A stretch of 63,475 nt of DNA, filler included, from Hyphochytrium catenoides (taxonomy: Eukaryota; Protista; Hyphochytriomycota): assembly GCA_900088475.1 (NCBI GenBank). It is 7 parts of 7 records of this genome, joined end to end, with 100 filler letters (N's around TTAATTAATTAA, not from the genome) between each part and the next. Parts side by side here need not be neighbours in the genome. Positions count along the whole stretch, not along the records: positions 31,310 to 42,462 come from FLMG01002926.1; positions 42,563 to 45,162 come from FLMG01003155.1; positions 45,263 to 61,880 come from FLMG01000558.1; 4 more parts are not named here. One strand, written 5' to 3'. A program made the position numbers and the translations under genes. The notes beneath the pieces were generated by a model. That model ran no database searches. It had not been told where the DNA came from and saw only the letters and a list, made by a program, of their open reading frames with translations. Positions within the stretch are counted from its first letter, which is position 1. Each line of letters begins with the position of its first letter. Positions 35,530-46,472 of the stretch are shown here, one piece after another.

Positions 35530-36657
35530 GTACTCGAATAATATCAAGCTTGCTGCCATAACCATCATACCCACAACGCCAGACACGGTGGTCACCGTAT
35601 CTTGAGGGTCCAACCTCACAGCAGAAGGCAAAAGCTCTTTTAGAGAGATTAAAGTCATCATCCCCGAGACCAGTCCGAACAATACACCAAAGGTCGTGTC
35701 TGTGATTTGGTCCGCGAGTATCGCCCAGGCCAACAGTGCTCCAACGGGTTCTGCAATGGTGCCGATTAAAGACCACAGCATGGCTTTTCGCATACTTCCC
35801 GTGCTATAATAGATGGGAATAGCGATGGCAAAGCCCTCCGGGATGTTGTGTACAGCGATGGCAATGGCGATTGTGGCGCCAATCTTTGTATCATTGGCAG
35901 CCCCAATGTAGGTGGCAATACCCTCCGGGAGATTGTGGAGCCCAATAGCTATGGCGGCCTGTATCCCCGCGTTGTGAAGCCTCTGCTTATCTTCCTTCCC
36001 GAGACCAATATTCCCTCTCTCCCTCTCTTTCTCTTCTTTCGCTCTCTCCCTCGGCGCGTCCAGACCGTGCTTGTGTCCATGTTGATGATGATGGAGCTCC
36101 AAGTGGTCGTAAGAGAACACGCTGCCTCCATCGCTGACTGGCCTGTCGGGTGAAGGCGCCGAAGCAGGATCTGGCAGAGGAACACCGAGCCCGCAGCAAT
36201 CTGCAGCTTGCTGAGAAAGTGAGAGAGCGTCGGCATCAAAACTAGCGCGGGGAAGAGCGACTTCTCCCTCGTTTTGGTTCTTCCCGCATCCTCTTCTAAG
36301 TTTGTGAACCAACGCCCCAAAACCCAAGGGCACAAGAAATCCGGCAAAGAAAGAGACGGTGGACAGGAGCATCGCCTTCCCTGCTTTAGCTCCTCCTTTA
36401 AGGAAAGAATCACGAGAGATTTGAAAGAGCTCTACCAGAGAAACGAAAATCATCACCGAAGCTGCCATTGAGAGAGAGGCCGCAATAACTTTCTCTATAT
36501 TCAGATTCTTCATTCTTCGGAGGATGAGAATGAGTGCAGCTCCTACAAGGGAACAGGCGCCAGCAGCAAAAGCGAGGCCAACGCCAAGAAGAGGATTGGG
36601 CTTGCTCTGCGCACCAGGTGCGGGCGTAGATGAAGGCGGCCCCGTCGTGGTACTCAT
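35518..36657 (-). CDS. zupT: ZIP-family (ZupT/GufA-type) divalent metal transporter, intronless
   Basis: Multiple TM segments, AASVMIFVSLVELF, His-rich loop HHHQHGHKH, signature AIGLHNLPEG and AIAVHNIPEG, AEPVGA, ISLKELLP. Probable ATG at 36657. Confidence 0.95.
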   Translation of the reverse strand: MSTTTGPPSSTPAPGAQSKPNPLLGVGLAFAAGACSLVGAALILILRRMKNLNIEKVIAASLSMAASVMIFVSLVELFQISRDSFLKGGAKAGKAMLLSTVSFFAGFLVPLGFGALVHKLRRGCGKNQNEGEVALPRASFDADALSLSQQAADCCGLGVPLPDPASAPSPDRPVSDGGSVFSYDHLELHHHQHGHKHGLDAPRERAKEEKERERGNIGLGKEDKQRLHNAGIQAAIAIGLHNLPEGIATYIGAANDTKIGATIAIAIAVHNIPEGFAIAIPIYYSTGSMRKAMLWSLIGTIAEPVGALLAWAILADQITDTTFGVLFGLVSGMMTLISLKELLPSAVRLDPQDTVTTVSGVVGMMVMAASLILFEYTAE

Positions 36658-37949
36658 ACTTGCGCAGACTGGCTTGTCCTCCTTTTTACTACTATGGTCT
36701 TTTCCAACTTGCCCTTCTTTTTGGCGCTTCCTTTCCAAGAGAACCGGAGAAGCAGAAAGGAGCGACGACACTGCTAAGCAAGGAAAGTTACAGATAGACA
36801 CTCTTCAATAATTGCGGGATAGACCAAGATCGTTGGCAGATTAGGTGGGCGCTGCTGGATGATGATGCCAGCAAGAGGAAACGAGGGAGAAGAAGAGAGC
36901 TACAGCTTTTGCCCTCTCCGCAGTCTTTAGTTGTTGCGATTATAATGTCCTTCGATCACTGTCGGCGATGATGTGGGAAGTGCGGGGGTCCAGCCAGCCT
37001 CCTAGTCAACGGCGGATGGGTAGACAGACTAGTGCTCTTGTACGACGAGTATTGTGCGGCAGCATGGTTGAAAAGGAGTGATGAAAAACACAAGGAAAGA
37101 CAAGAAACAACAAGGCATCTCCTCCCAGTTGACCAAAAGTGGTGCCAACACAGATTCAGCAGTACTCTGTATGAGAAAGCTCCTCGTCGGTCGTGGTAAC
37201 ACTAGAGATCTTTATAATCGGCATCAGACGATAGAATCGGTCACAGATCTACTTAGTAGGCTCTTAGTAGACTCAAAAAATAGAGGTGAGCCCACAATGG
37301 CTCCATTCCGTGATTCTTTTATGGTACTAATACTTTATTCTAGGTTCTCGAGGCAAACTGGACTGAAGAGAGAATGCGAATGATTACTAAATTGTTGATG
37401 CAGCTTCACAGCTTCACATCAGAGGAAACAAAAAGCTTCAGACAACCAAAAGCTTCAGTAGTTCACAGCTGTTCTACAGGTACTCGTAGGTCACCCAGGC
37501 AGAGTCTTCATAATTGAAATCTCTCTGTGCTAAAGCCCTACTAGCCGATCTTTATTGCTTTTCATATGCCGCTGGCTGAGCTAAAACTCCTCCGGCTGTG
37601 CTCCTGGCGGTCTCTACTAGTTCTACTGCGGACTATTAGCTGCTTGCTATAACAATGTTAACCAAAGACCATCGACGACAGGAAAGGCCGAGTCGCCCTT
37701 GATAATGAAACAAGAAGCACAACGCGAGAAGATGTCGCTGCTGCTGCTGCCGGGTCCTAAGAGCTGCAGGAGAAAGATTAACAAGCATCCTCAGCAACAC
37801 TTACTCCCATCATCATAGGAGGAGCAGCAGCAGCAGGTGCCAATCCAGATACCAATAAGAGGAAAAACGCAGCTATCTTCGTTGTGCAGCTCAAGATGAC
37901 GTTAAGAGCAGCAGGAAAGAAAGGCGCGAGATGGCTCGCTAATAAGGGA

Positions 37950-39250
37950 GGTAACCGCGGCCGATGCAAGATATGTAATCAAACTGTGGAGTGCTATGCA
38001 GAAGAATCATCTGATATCAACTGCAAACTTCACCCTTACGCCTAAGCGGCGGCAGAAGCATAAAGCCGCAAGCAAGAAGATTGAGCCTATCTCAACGCCT
38101 CCAAAGAGGAGAGGTTGAAACGCAAACAATAAGCTCTAGAGGCTGCTGAAGTTGGCCCGGACTTCTGCTGTGATGATGGCTGAAAGCGCTTCTCCTTCTC
38201 GCTACCGTTATCTTGGAAGTAGGGCGACCTCTGCATCTTTGTTATACTCTTGTTACTCTTGCTTCATCTCTTAATCCATTTCTCTTGTGACGAGGCGGTC
38301 GCTATAGATGAAGAAGGGGACAAGAGTAACAAGGATATTTCGAAGAAGTCGAAGTAGCCCAACTCCCAAGATAACGCTACCGAGAAGGAGAAAGCACTTT
38401 CAGCCATCACAGCAGGACATAACCGACATTTGGTAAGCTTCCTCCCCTCATCAGCAGACGTCTCTCTTTAGCCCCCTAACTACTCTCGCCCTATAGCGGC
38501 GCTTTTTATCGTTAGCGCCAACAAATGCCCTTCGCGTGCCACGAGTACTAGGAAGTGTGTCTCTGCCTAAGACTCTGGAGGCTCATTTATGCAATCTACT
38601 GGCAGAGGTCAAACGCGTGCGCCCCTTCCTGCTGTTTTATCACGTCAGCAGTAAAGAGTTGATAGGATGTTCTGAAGCTCTCTATCACTGTGGAAGCATG
38701 GACCACTAGAGCCAAGAAAGTCTATCTTGGCGTTAGAGACCAATTCTATCGACGCGGCAATCTGCAGCACGTCCTACTGGGCTGTTCAAGATCAAATGGG
38801 TCACATATTGCCGACCTTATCGGAGACTCTCACAAAAGAAGGTGCTTAAGGTGGGCGGCGCTGCAGCTGGTCGTAAAGGATGCCTTAAGGAAGCGAACAC
38901 TTCTGCAATTGCTGGGCAGTCAGGAAAATTGCTGGACTACGGATACTCCTAGGGACTTACGTGAGAAACTATATCTGTCATGCTCCTTTAGGACTCCGTT
39001 TCTCATACTCAGCATCTGGCTCCTCTCCTCTTCTTCCCATACTTGAGGAGTGAAGATCTGAGTGTAGATAACATCGTTCAAGAGGTGGTAAGCAGTGGTT
39101 CCTGGGCTGCTCACTGGATGAGACAGCAGCAACCTCAGCTCACAACTATATCCTCTTCATGGACTGAAGTGGTTTTGACACGTGAAGAGTCGGGGAGGCA
39201 CGGACCCTGGTAGAGAAGATGAATGGCTAATTTTGATGGCGTTACACCGC
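37950..39250 (+). mobile_element. Degenerate hAT-family DNA transposase
   Basis: BED-finger-like RCKICNQTV (~37962); ALFIV..MPF (~38500); SITVEAWTTRAKKVYLGV (catalytic DxW motif, D to E); VLLG...SHIADLI; RCLRWAALQLVVKDAL (eroded CxxHxLQL.V). Contains stops and frameshifts. Repeated AGCTTCA motifs at 37402-37457 could be subterminal repeats. TIRs were not identified. Confidence 0.75.
38165..38415. repeat. Long imperfect inverted repeat (~250-bp hairpin)
   Basis: CTGCTGTGATGATGGCTGAAAGCGCTTCTCCTTCTCGCTACCGTTATCTTGG pairs with CCAAGATAACGCTACCGAGAAGGAGAAAGCACTTTCAGCCATCACAGCAG. Inner CTTGTTACTCTTG..CTTCATCT pairs with AGATGAAG..CAAGAGTAACAAG. Confidence 0.9.
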
Positions 39251-39519
39251 TGACTAAAGAGAGTTCAAAAGCGCATTCGTCTCAGCAGGTGGATCTTTCT
39301 CTTGCTTGCCTGATTGGGTGTGCGGGTGGCGTCAGGGATTCCATCTCCCTTTTCTACTATCGTTATAGCTGAAGAATCCTACTATGATTCCTCTTGTTTT
39401 CTGATAAAGATGGTGAAGATAGTTTTGAAGAGACCACGAAGACATGATAGCTCTTGTCTCTATTACCTCTTCTTCTGCTTCTTTGCTTTTGGTTCTGCGC
39501 ACAAAGAGTACCTCTCTCC

Positions 39520-39997
39520 ATTGATAATCCTCCTTCTCCTACCTCCTCCTTCTCCTATCTCCTTCTTCTCAGTCGCTTTGCTTCTCTACTTCTTCTTCTT
39601 CTTCTCCTTTTTTTCTCTCTTTCTTCTTCTTCTCCTCCTCCTTTACTAATGCTTTTGAGGAAATTAAGTGCCTCTCTCCATTTGAATCCTCCTTCTCCTT
39701 TCTCTCCTTCTTTCTTAGTCTCCTGCTTCTCTTCTTCTTCTTCTTCTTCTCCGTTCTCTCCTTCTTCTTCTTCTCCTCCTCTAGAGTTGTTTTTGCAAGC
39801 ATTTGATGATGTGTAGGACCCTACGCGGTATAGACGGAATCCTCCATCTCCTTTCTCTCCTTCTTCTTATTAGTCTCGCGCTTCTCTACTTCTTCTTCTT
39901 CTCCGTTCCCCGTTCTCTCTTCTTCTTCTTCTTCTCCTCCTCGTGAGTAGCACACACTTGCGAGCATATGATAGTGTGTAGGACACTACGCAGTATG
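39520..39997. repeat. Diverged tandem repeat, ~3 units of ~155-165 bp, (CTT/CTC)-rich
   Basis: Recurring anchors AATCCTCC.TCTCC at ~39525, 39685 and 39838, and GTGTAGGAC(C/A)CTACGC(G/A)GTAT at 39811 and 39976. Confidence 0.7.
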
Positions 39998-40463
39998 GAT
40001 CAAAGAGTAACAAAGAGTGAAATAGGTACCTATCCCTGCTGCACGATCGATGAAGAAAGGAAGCGATGCACTGAATTTGAAGTGCAGGCTCATATAACGA
40101 GAGAAGTAGGTAAACATGCAGGCGAAGATAGGATGATATGATTGTGCACGTGGTGACGGGGAATAGAGAAGAGATCCGATCATTCCCGGGAGTCGCCAGA
40201 CAACAGCAGGGAGAGAATAACTAAAGAGCATAATGCAACCAAGCCCTCCTCCGTCCCTCCTCCAACCCACGGCAGCATGATGGGGGAACCCTTCTATGAC
40301 CAACATTGGAGAAAGTATGATGCTTTATTATAAGGGAAGCGATAGACGACGCCTCCCTTCTCTTCTCTTATTTATCTATCTAACTCGTAGCTGCCGCGCA
40401 CGGATCTGCTACGGCTCTTATCAACGAAGCAATTGTGATCCATCATTTAGGAATCACTACTAA

Positions 40464-41123
40464 CTACTGCCAGCAGCCGGTCTGGCAACCAGGACCGAAC
40501 TTTTTGATGGGCGACCCATCGGGACGTCGGATGTAGAAAGCATCCTCGCCAGACTTAAGCTGTAGATAGCAGTTGGCCCCTTCGTACCAGTAGGTGGCTG
40601 ATTCCCAGAGAGCACGGCCAGCGCTATCGTAGAGGACAGCATTGCAGTTAGTCTGCATCTTCAAACAGTTGGGTGTGGCGGCTCCGGAGATTGAGGTCTG
40701 CCAGATGGTTTTTTCTGTGGCAGTATACCATGGCTTCTTTTGAAGAAGAAGGTTGTTTTGGGAGGAATCCAATCGCAGTTGCCTCCTATCACAGAAGGTA
40801 CAAGAACCCTGAAGGTAGTCTGTGCCGCACAGCTGAGCACCAGCGCTCAATCTTTCGGACAGATCGTTTAATAAATGGCGGCGTAAGTTTTGGCTCTCAT
40901 CTTGAAGCGCTGTGGCTTGTTGTTGCAGCTCGCCGCTAATGGCAGAAGAGTCTTCTGCGGTAGTGGTAGCAAAGGAAGAAGCTACTTCGAATGCGCCGCC
41001 CGTCGCAACAAGTTCATCACCGAAAGTCGGAACACCGTTTGCGACGTTGGCGATGCTCGAAGAGGCCAAAGCCAAAAGCCCGGCTGCAAGGGTAAGAGAG
41101 CCTATTTTCTTCATCACAACCAT
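40464..41123 (-). CDS. Secreted bulb-type (GNA-related) lectin-domain protein with signal peptide and propeptide, intronless
   Basis: Signal peptide MKKIGSLTLAAGLLALASSSIA; acidic pro-region ending RRHLL; B-lectin pattern TIWQT...CLKMQTNCNAVLYDSAGRALWES...CYLQL; 8 Cys in the mature part. Confidence 0.8.
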   Translation of the reverse strand: MVVMKKIGSLTLAAGLLALASSSIANVANGVPTFGDELVATGGAFEVASSFATTTAEDSSAISGELQQQATALQDESQNLRRHLLNDLSERLSAGAQLCGTDYLQGSCTFCDRRQLRLDSSQNNLLLQKKPWYTATEKTIWQTSISGAATPNCLKMQTNCNAVLYDSAGRALWESATYWYEGANCYLQLKSGEDAFYIRRPDGSPIKKFGPGCQTGCWQ

Positions 41124-42382
41124 TCTTGCAGAGTAAAGAATGTCTTAATGACCGTCGTGGCCGCTAAGCAATGATACTGTCTGTCGTCTGCGTAACCTTC
41201 AAGCGCGGCAGATAGGAGCAGGAGGCGGCCGTTGGGTTTGCCTGTTCTTCTTGTTGGTGGCGTTTGAGGAGGAGGTAGGATGATGGCTGCTCGGCTTGGC
41301 AAGTTGAGGAATGAAGAGCACATTGATAGGTGGTGGAGTCCTACTTCCATGATGAATGCTGCTGCCATCGGTCAAGGTTTTTCCTTCCCAGGGGTATCGC
41401 AGCTTTCTTGCTCCCATAACCCTCATCCATCTCTCTCTCTCTAGTCCTTCTCCTGGTGGTAGCAGGTGGCGAAATAAACTACTCTATGGACAAGGAGGAG
41501 GACGTGAATGAGGAGGAGAGAGGGAACACAGGAAGAATGATATATGGCTACGGTGGTGACATACAGAGAGCCGCCAGGACAGAGCGCGTTGTCAGGTTGG
41601 CAACTGGCAAGACGAGACTTAAAGCAGCAGAGGCGGCTGGGAAGGATAAAAGAAGAAGACAAAGGGTGTTTAAATTTGTCGTCGATGAAACGACATTATT
41701 ATTGTCTGTCAACAGCAGGGGCAGGAAGACAGTCTGGATTATCAGTGATAAGATACTCCTTCTCGTCTGACAAGGATGGCTGAGATGAGAGAGGACAGTT
41801 CTAATACGATACGCCGCGACTGTTTGCCGAGAAGAGGGAGGAACAGAAGATTGTACGTGGTGATGACTGAGGAGCGAGGCTTCAGCTGCTCCTCTGAGAC
41901 CCATTTGTTGATGGTGTGGAGTGCAGAATGGATAGCGGGCCACCACCAGGTGCTCCTCTTGCGCTGCCTGCTCAGTCAGCGTTTTCTGCTTCTTATCCCT
42001 GCCTGGGTGGTCAGCTTATTATTGACCGAGGGATGACGGAGGTATCGCCACATCAGATGACAGTTCTTCTTCTCCCCGCTCTGTCTTTATAAGGCGGCCA
42101 CGCACGCCGCCAACAGGACAGGTGGAGGTGGTGATGGGTCCTGATGGCCTGATAATGGCCTGATGACTGACTGATGACGGTCTATCGCGGCTAGTGAGAG
42201 AGGAGCCCTCCCGTCAGTCTGATAACTAGCCGGGCCGCCATCATCGGTCATCAGGGGGGACCACAGCTGGTCCAATGTCACAAATGCGCTTATTATTATA
42301 AATATTGTATGGCCTTATTTCGTACGGAGTTTTTTTATAAAGTACGTACAGTAGTCTGCTGATAAGGGAAGAGGAGGAGTAC

Positions 42383-42462
42383 AGTAGCGTTCAGATGTCC
42401 CCTCGTAGAAGAGAAAGGAGGAGGAGGATAGTAGCGTTCAGATGTCCCCTCGTAGAAGAGAA
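42383..42462. repeat. Direct repeat with identical 33-bp core and 47-bp period, running into a gap
   Basis: AGTAGCGTTCAGATGTCCCCTCGTAGAAGAGAA at 42383 and 42430. Confidence 0.9.
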
Positions 42463-42562
42463 NNNNNNNNNNNNNNNNNNNNNNNNNNNNNNNNNNNNNN
42501 NNNNNNTTAATTAATTAANNNNNNNNNNNNNNNNNNNNNNNNNNNNNNNNNNNNNNNNNNNN
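42463..42562. other. Artificial contig linker
   Basis: N-TTAATTAATTAA-N, 100 bp. Confidence 0.97.
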
Positions 42563-44448
42563 ACCATCGCCAAACCATTTGTCTTCCAAGAATCTATCCA
42601 CGAAGCGCCAGACCAACAGAGGGGGTCCAACCTCGCCGTCTAACCTCTTATCCTCTTTTTTCTCTTTCTCTCTCTCTCTCTCTCTCTGTGTGTGTCTCCC
42701 TTTCTCTATCTCTCTTCCTCAAATGGCTCTCTCTCTTACTCTATCTGCTGTTCACACAGCACCAGCATAGATGGCTGGCATCCTCTTTGTAGACTTGTTG
42801 TTGACGATCTGAGCAGCGAAAGAAGTGTCAACAGGTCTGGAGGCAAGAGAGAAGAAGCGTAGGCTTTACTATTGAGAGAGAGGGGACCAAGATCAACCAC
42901 AACGATAAATGTACAGAGATTGTCAAACAACGGCTGGGAAGAACTCTTCTCTCTCTTCTCTTCTCTCTTTCGTTTCCCTCTTATCCACTTTTTCTCTTCT
43001 TTGATGCCTCATCTATTTTCCATAAGTAAACTTCTGCCTTGTTTCACTTAGAGCTGAAAGCCTTATCTGCACAGGGCCACAGTCTATCTTCTATGTCCTC
43101 TCTCTCATCATCATGATTGATGGCCACACAGTGTATGTACGCCACCCTGACCAGCCGTTGAGAGGAGCGGCGAGAGAAAGGTAGAGAGATATAGTAGAAG
43201 GGAGAAAGAAGACGTAGAGAGAGAGCGAGAGAGCGAGAGAGAGAGGGAGAGGAAAGAGCGACAAGTAGTAAGAAGGACTAGATAACTGAGGAAAATATCT
43301 CTTGGAAGTTGTTGCTATTTTGGCAGCCATAAAGCGGAAGATTAACAGGAGAGAGAGAAAGAAGACAGCACGACAGAGCGATAGCAAGAAGATACAGAGA
43401 AATAGAATAGTGATCTTCACAGAGAGAGCTTTAGGAGAGGGGGAGAGAGAGACGACAAGAGAGAGAAGAGAAAACGAGAGAGGAGAGAGACCAAAAGAGA
43501 TGATGCCACCCACCAACGTTGAGCGCACGTCGGGCTTGTGCCGCCGTGATGGTGAAGCTCCATTATCCGGAAGAAGGAAACTCAGATTCTGAATGAAGCA
43601 TGTTCTGGAAGATATTATCCAGGACATGGCTAGATATGTCCTGTATCTTGAAGTCCACAGTGGGTCATCTCCAAGCATCTCTCTCTCTCTTCTCTCTTTC
43701 TCTCCCTCTCTGTTTCCCTCTCCTCTCTCTGTCCTCTCCTCTTCTCTCTCCTTCCCTCAACCTCTCTCAGTGTGTCTCTCTCTCTTCCTCTGTCTGCTGA
43801 GCCCTGCCTACCTTCTTCCTTCCTGTAGCATCACATCATGGAAGTTTTTGCACCATCAGTCTCCTCGAGAGAACTGCTCTCTCCTTCCCTGTTTTTCTCT
43901 CTCTCTCTCTCTCTCTTCTCTCTCCCTCTCCTCTCTCTCTCTCTCTCTTCTCTCTCTGTGTCTCTGTGTCTCTGTCTCTCTCTCTCTTGCGAACACACCT
44001 TGTCACCTTGTCTTCGTTTTCTCAATTCCTGTTTTCCCGACACCCGTACAAGCGCCAATCCCAGTGCGAAGAGAGACAGTCGGCAAGTTGAGATGCTGGG
44101 AGGACGAGGCAGGAGAGAGAGCGTTAAGGAGCCAAAGCGAGAGAGGAGGAAGAGAGACGGAGAGCAGGAATCAAGAGAAAAGAGGGAAGAGACAGAAAGA
44201 GGAAGTGTATGACGTCAGCCAACAAAGAGAGAGGGCATTTAAGAGGCACACCAAGCGAGAGAGACGCGAAGAGAAACACCGAAACAGAGCGAGTGATAGA
44301 CATTCGTGAAATGAAGAGGCACAGAGACAGAGGCAAGAGAGACGAGGAAGAGGGAGAGAGAAAGAGAAAGAGCAAAGAGACCGAGGACTCCGCTAGGAGA
44401 GACGGCTCCTCACTTTTGCTTGTCTTTCCTTCTCCAGCAGGAGCTAGA

Positions 44449-44619
44449 ATGAAGGAAGGACGGCTGTACCTGAAGGAAGAGAGAAAGAGACGCCTTCTCT
44501 TTCTCTCCAAAGCACTTCCTTTCTCTCTCTTTCTCTTGGCCGTCGCCGCCATTTGGCTGGCTTCCCTTGTGTGGGATGGTTTGGATCCTTGGAGAGACTG
44601 GGAATATGACCCAGGACCC
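44449..44619 (+). CDS. Probable first exon of a type II membrane protein; remainder lost at gap
   Basis: MKEGRLYLKEERKRR followed by a TM segment (LPFSLFLLAVAAIWLASLVW) and DGLDPWRDWEYDPGP, then donor GTCAGT and a CT-rich intron. Confidence 0.4.
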
Positions 44620-45162
44620 GTCAGTAGCCCGCATCCCCTGCCTCTCTCACTATTTGCTTCACCCTTTTTCTTTGCAATGCAGTTCCATCGTCTCTCTCTT
44701 CTGTTTGCTTCCTTTCTCCTGCGCTCTTCCTCTTGCTCTCGTTCCCTCTATCTTTCTCTCTCTCTCTCTTTTCTTTTCCACTCTCTTTTGCTCTCTAAAG
44801 CTCACTCTTTCTCTGTCCCTGTTTCCCCCTTCTCTCTCTGCCGTCCCATCCTTTCTCTCTCTGTTTCTTTTGGTCTCTCTTACTTCTTACCTTTCCCTTC
44901 CCTCCTCGGTTGTCTCTCTTTCTCTCTCTCTGTCTAGTCTCATCTCTCGTCCTCCTGCGCTCATCTCCGGCTTCGCACTGTTCTCTCTCTCTGTTTTCTT
45001 CCTCGTCAACCTCCTTACTTTACTCTCTATCCTTGACTGAAATTGGCAACATTATGGACTGTCTCTCTTCTGCTCTCTCTCTCTCCCTTCTCCCTTCTTT
45101 TTCTCTCCCGCTGGCTCGCTCGCTCCATCTCCCATCCTCTTTTCTTTGGACTGACCTCTCTC

Positions 45163-45262
45163 NNNNNNNNNNNNNNNNNNNNNNNNNNNNNNNNNNNNNN
45201 NNNNNNTTAATTAATTAANNNNNNNNNNNNNNNNNNNNNNNNNNNNNNNNNNNNNNNNNNNN
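45163..45262. other. Artificial contig linker
   Basis: N-TTAATTAATTAA-N, 100 bp. Confidence 0.97.
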
Positions 45263-46472
45263 ATCTCTTTCCCACCCTCTGTTTCGTACTTGGAAGTGTG
45301 GACAGTTTCTATTATTCTGTCCTCCTCTCACTTTGGCACTCTACCTCAATCACGTCTACTCTGTCTTTGATATTCCTATCTCTTATTCTGCCTCTTTACA
45401 TCTCTACTTGGTCCTTGCCACCTCACGCCCACTCTGTGTCTATAACAAATGGGCTCAAACTTTGGGCAGAAGCCTCAAAATAACATGTAACATCCATCAG
45501 GGATGGATGGGCTGATATCGGATTATGTTTGGGAGGACCCGGCTACTTTACCCTACATTGACCTTCCCACAACCCAACCCATCGGTTATTCTTTGGGCCG
45601 CCCTTGAGCACATGGTGACAAAATGGTCGAACACCTAACCGCCGTGTTTAAGCAAAAAAGGGGGGAGGGGCGGGGGGTATACCTCCGCAACTTGAATATA
45701 TAGGCCATTCTAAGGAAGGAGAGACTCTACTTCTTGGTTGGTGAAGCACCTCGCATACTCTAGGTCTCCAGGTATTTAGGTTAAACCCCTCTCCCAACCT
45801 CCAACCCAAACAGAAGACTAAACGCTAGATCCTTCCGTGCAAATTATTGATTATCGTAGCTTGAGTCTTTCTCTGGTTTGATCTTTCCGGCCGCACCAGT
45901 CCGCCGTGAGGTCTCATGCGCCACTGACATCACCAAAAAAGGGAATCTAATGACATGACTGTCTCTCTCTCTCTCTCTCTCTATCTATCTCTCTCTCTCT
46001 CTATCTATCTCTCTATCTATCTATCTCTTTTTCTCTTTCCCTATCGTCCGCTGTCCCTCTCTCCTCCCGTATCTCTTCCTTTTTGCTCTGCGAGACTTCT
46101 TGACAACTGGCTGCTCGCCGCCTAAGAAGACTGTGGAGGACAATGACCCAGTAGTGCCATCCGCGGCGGGTTGCCAGAAGGAGAGCACGAAGGAAGCTGT
46201 TAGCATAAGTGCTTTTTAGCTTCAGTCGTGAAGCATTCGAAGACGCCAGGCTCTACCAGCCCACTAAGGAAGAAAGAAAGCACCAGCAGATCCAGCAGAC
46301 TAGCACTCTTATAACAAGGGCGAAAGATAGAGAAATCTTCCTCGGTTCAATCTTCAGGTCTGCGGAACAGACAGAGTGTGCTGGGAGGGCTCGATAGTCG
46401 GAGATTGGGGACGGAGTTATAGACAGAGAAAGGGAGAAACAAAGAGGTGCTGCCCCTTTCTTTCTCTTAACC

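Noticed and set aside
42383-42462. CRISPR-like 33-bp direct repeats
   Set aside because: Only two copies, a 14-nt low-complexity spacer, no cas genes, eukaryotic context.
43593-45160. Long LSLS- or RERE-rich ORFs here and throughout the window
   Set aside because: These are stop-free readings of (CT)n/(AG)n microsatellites.
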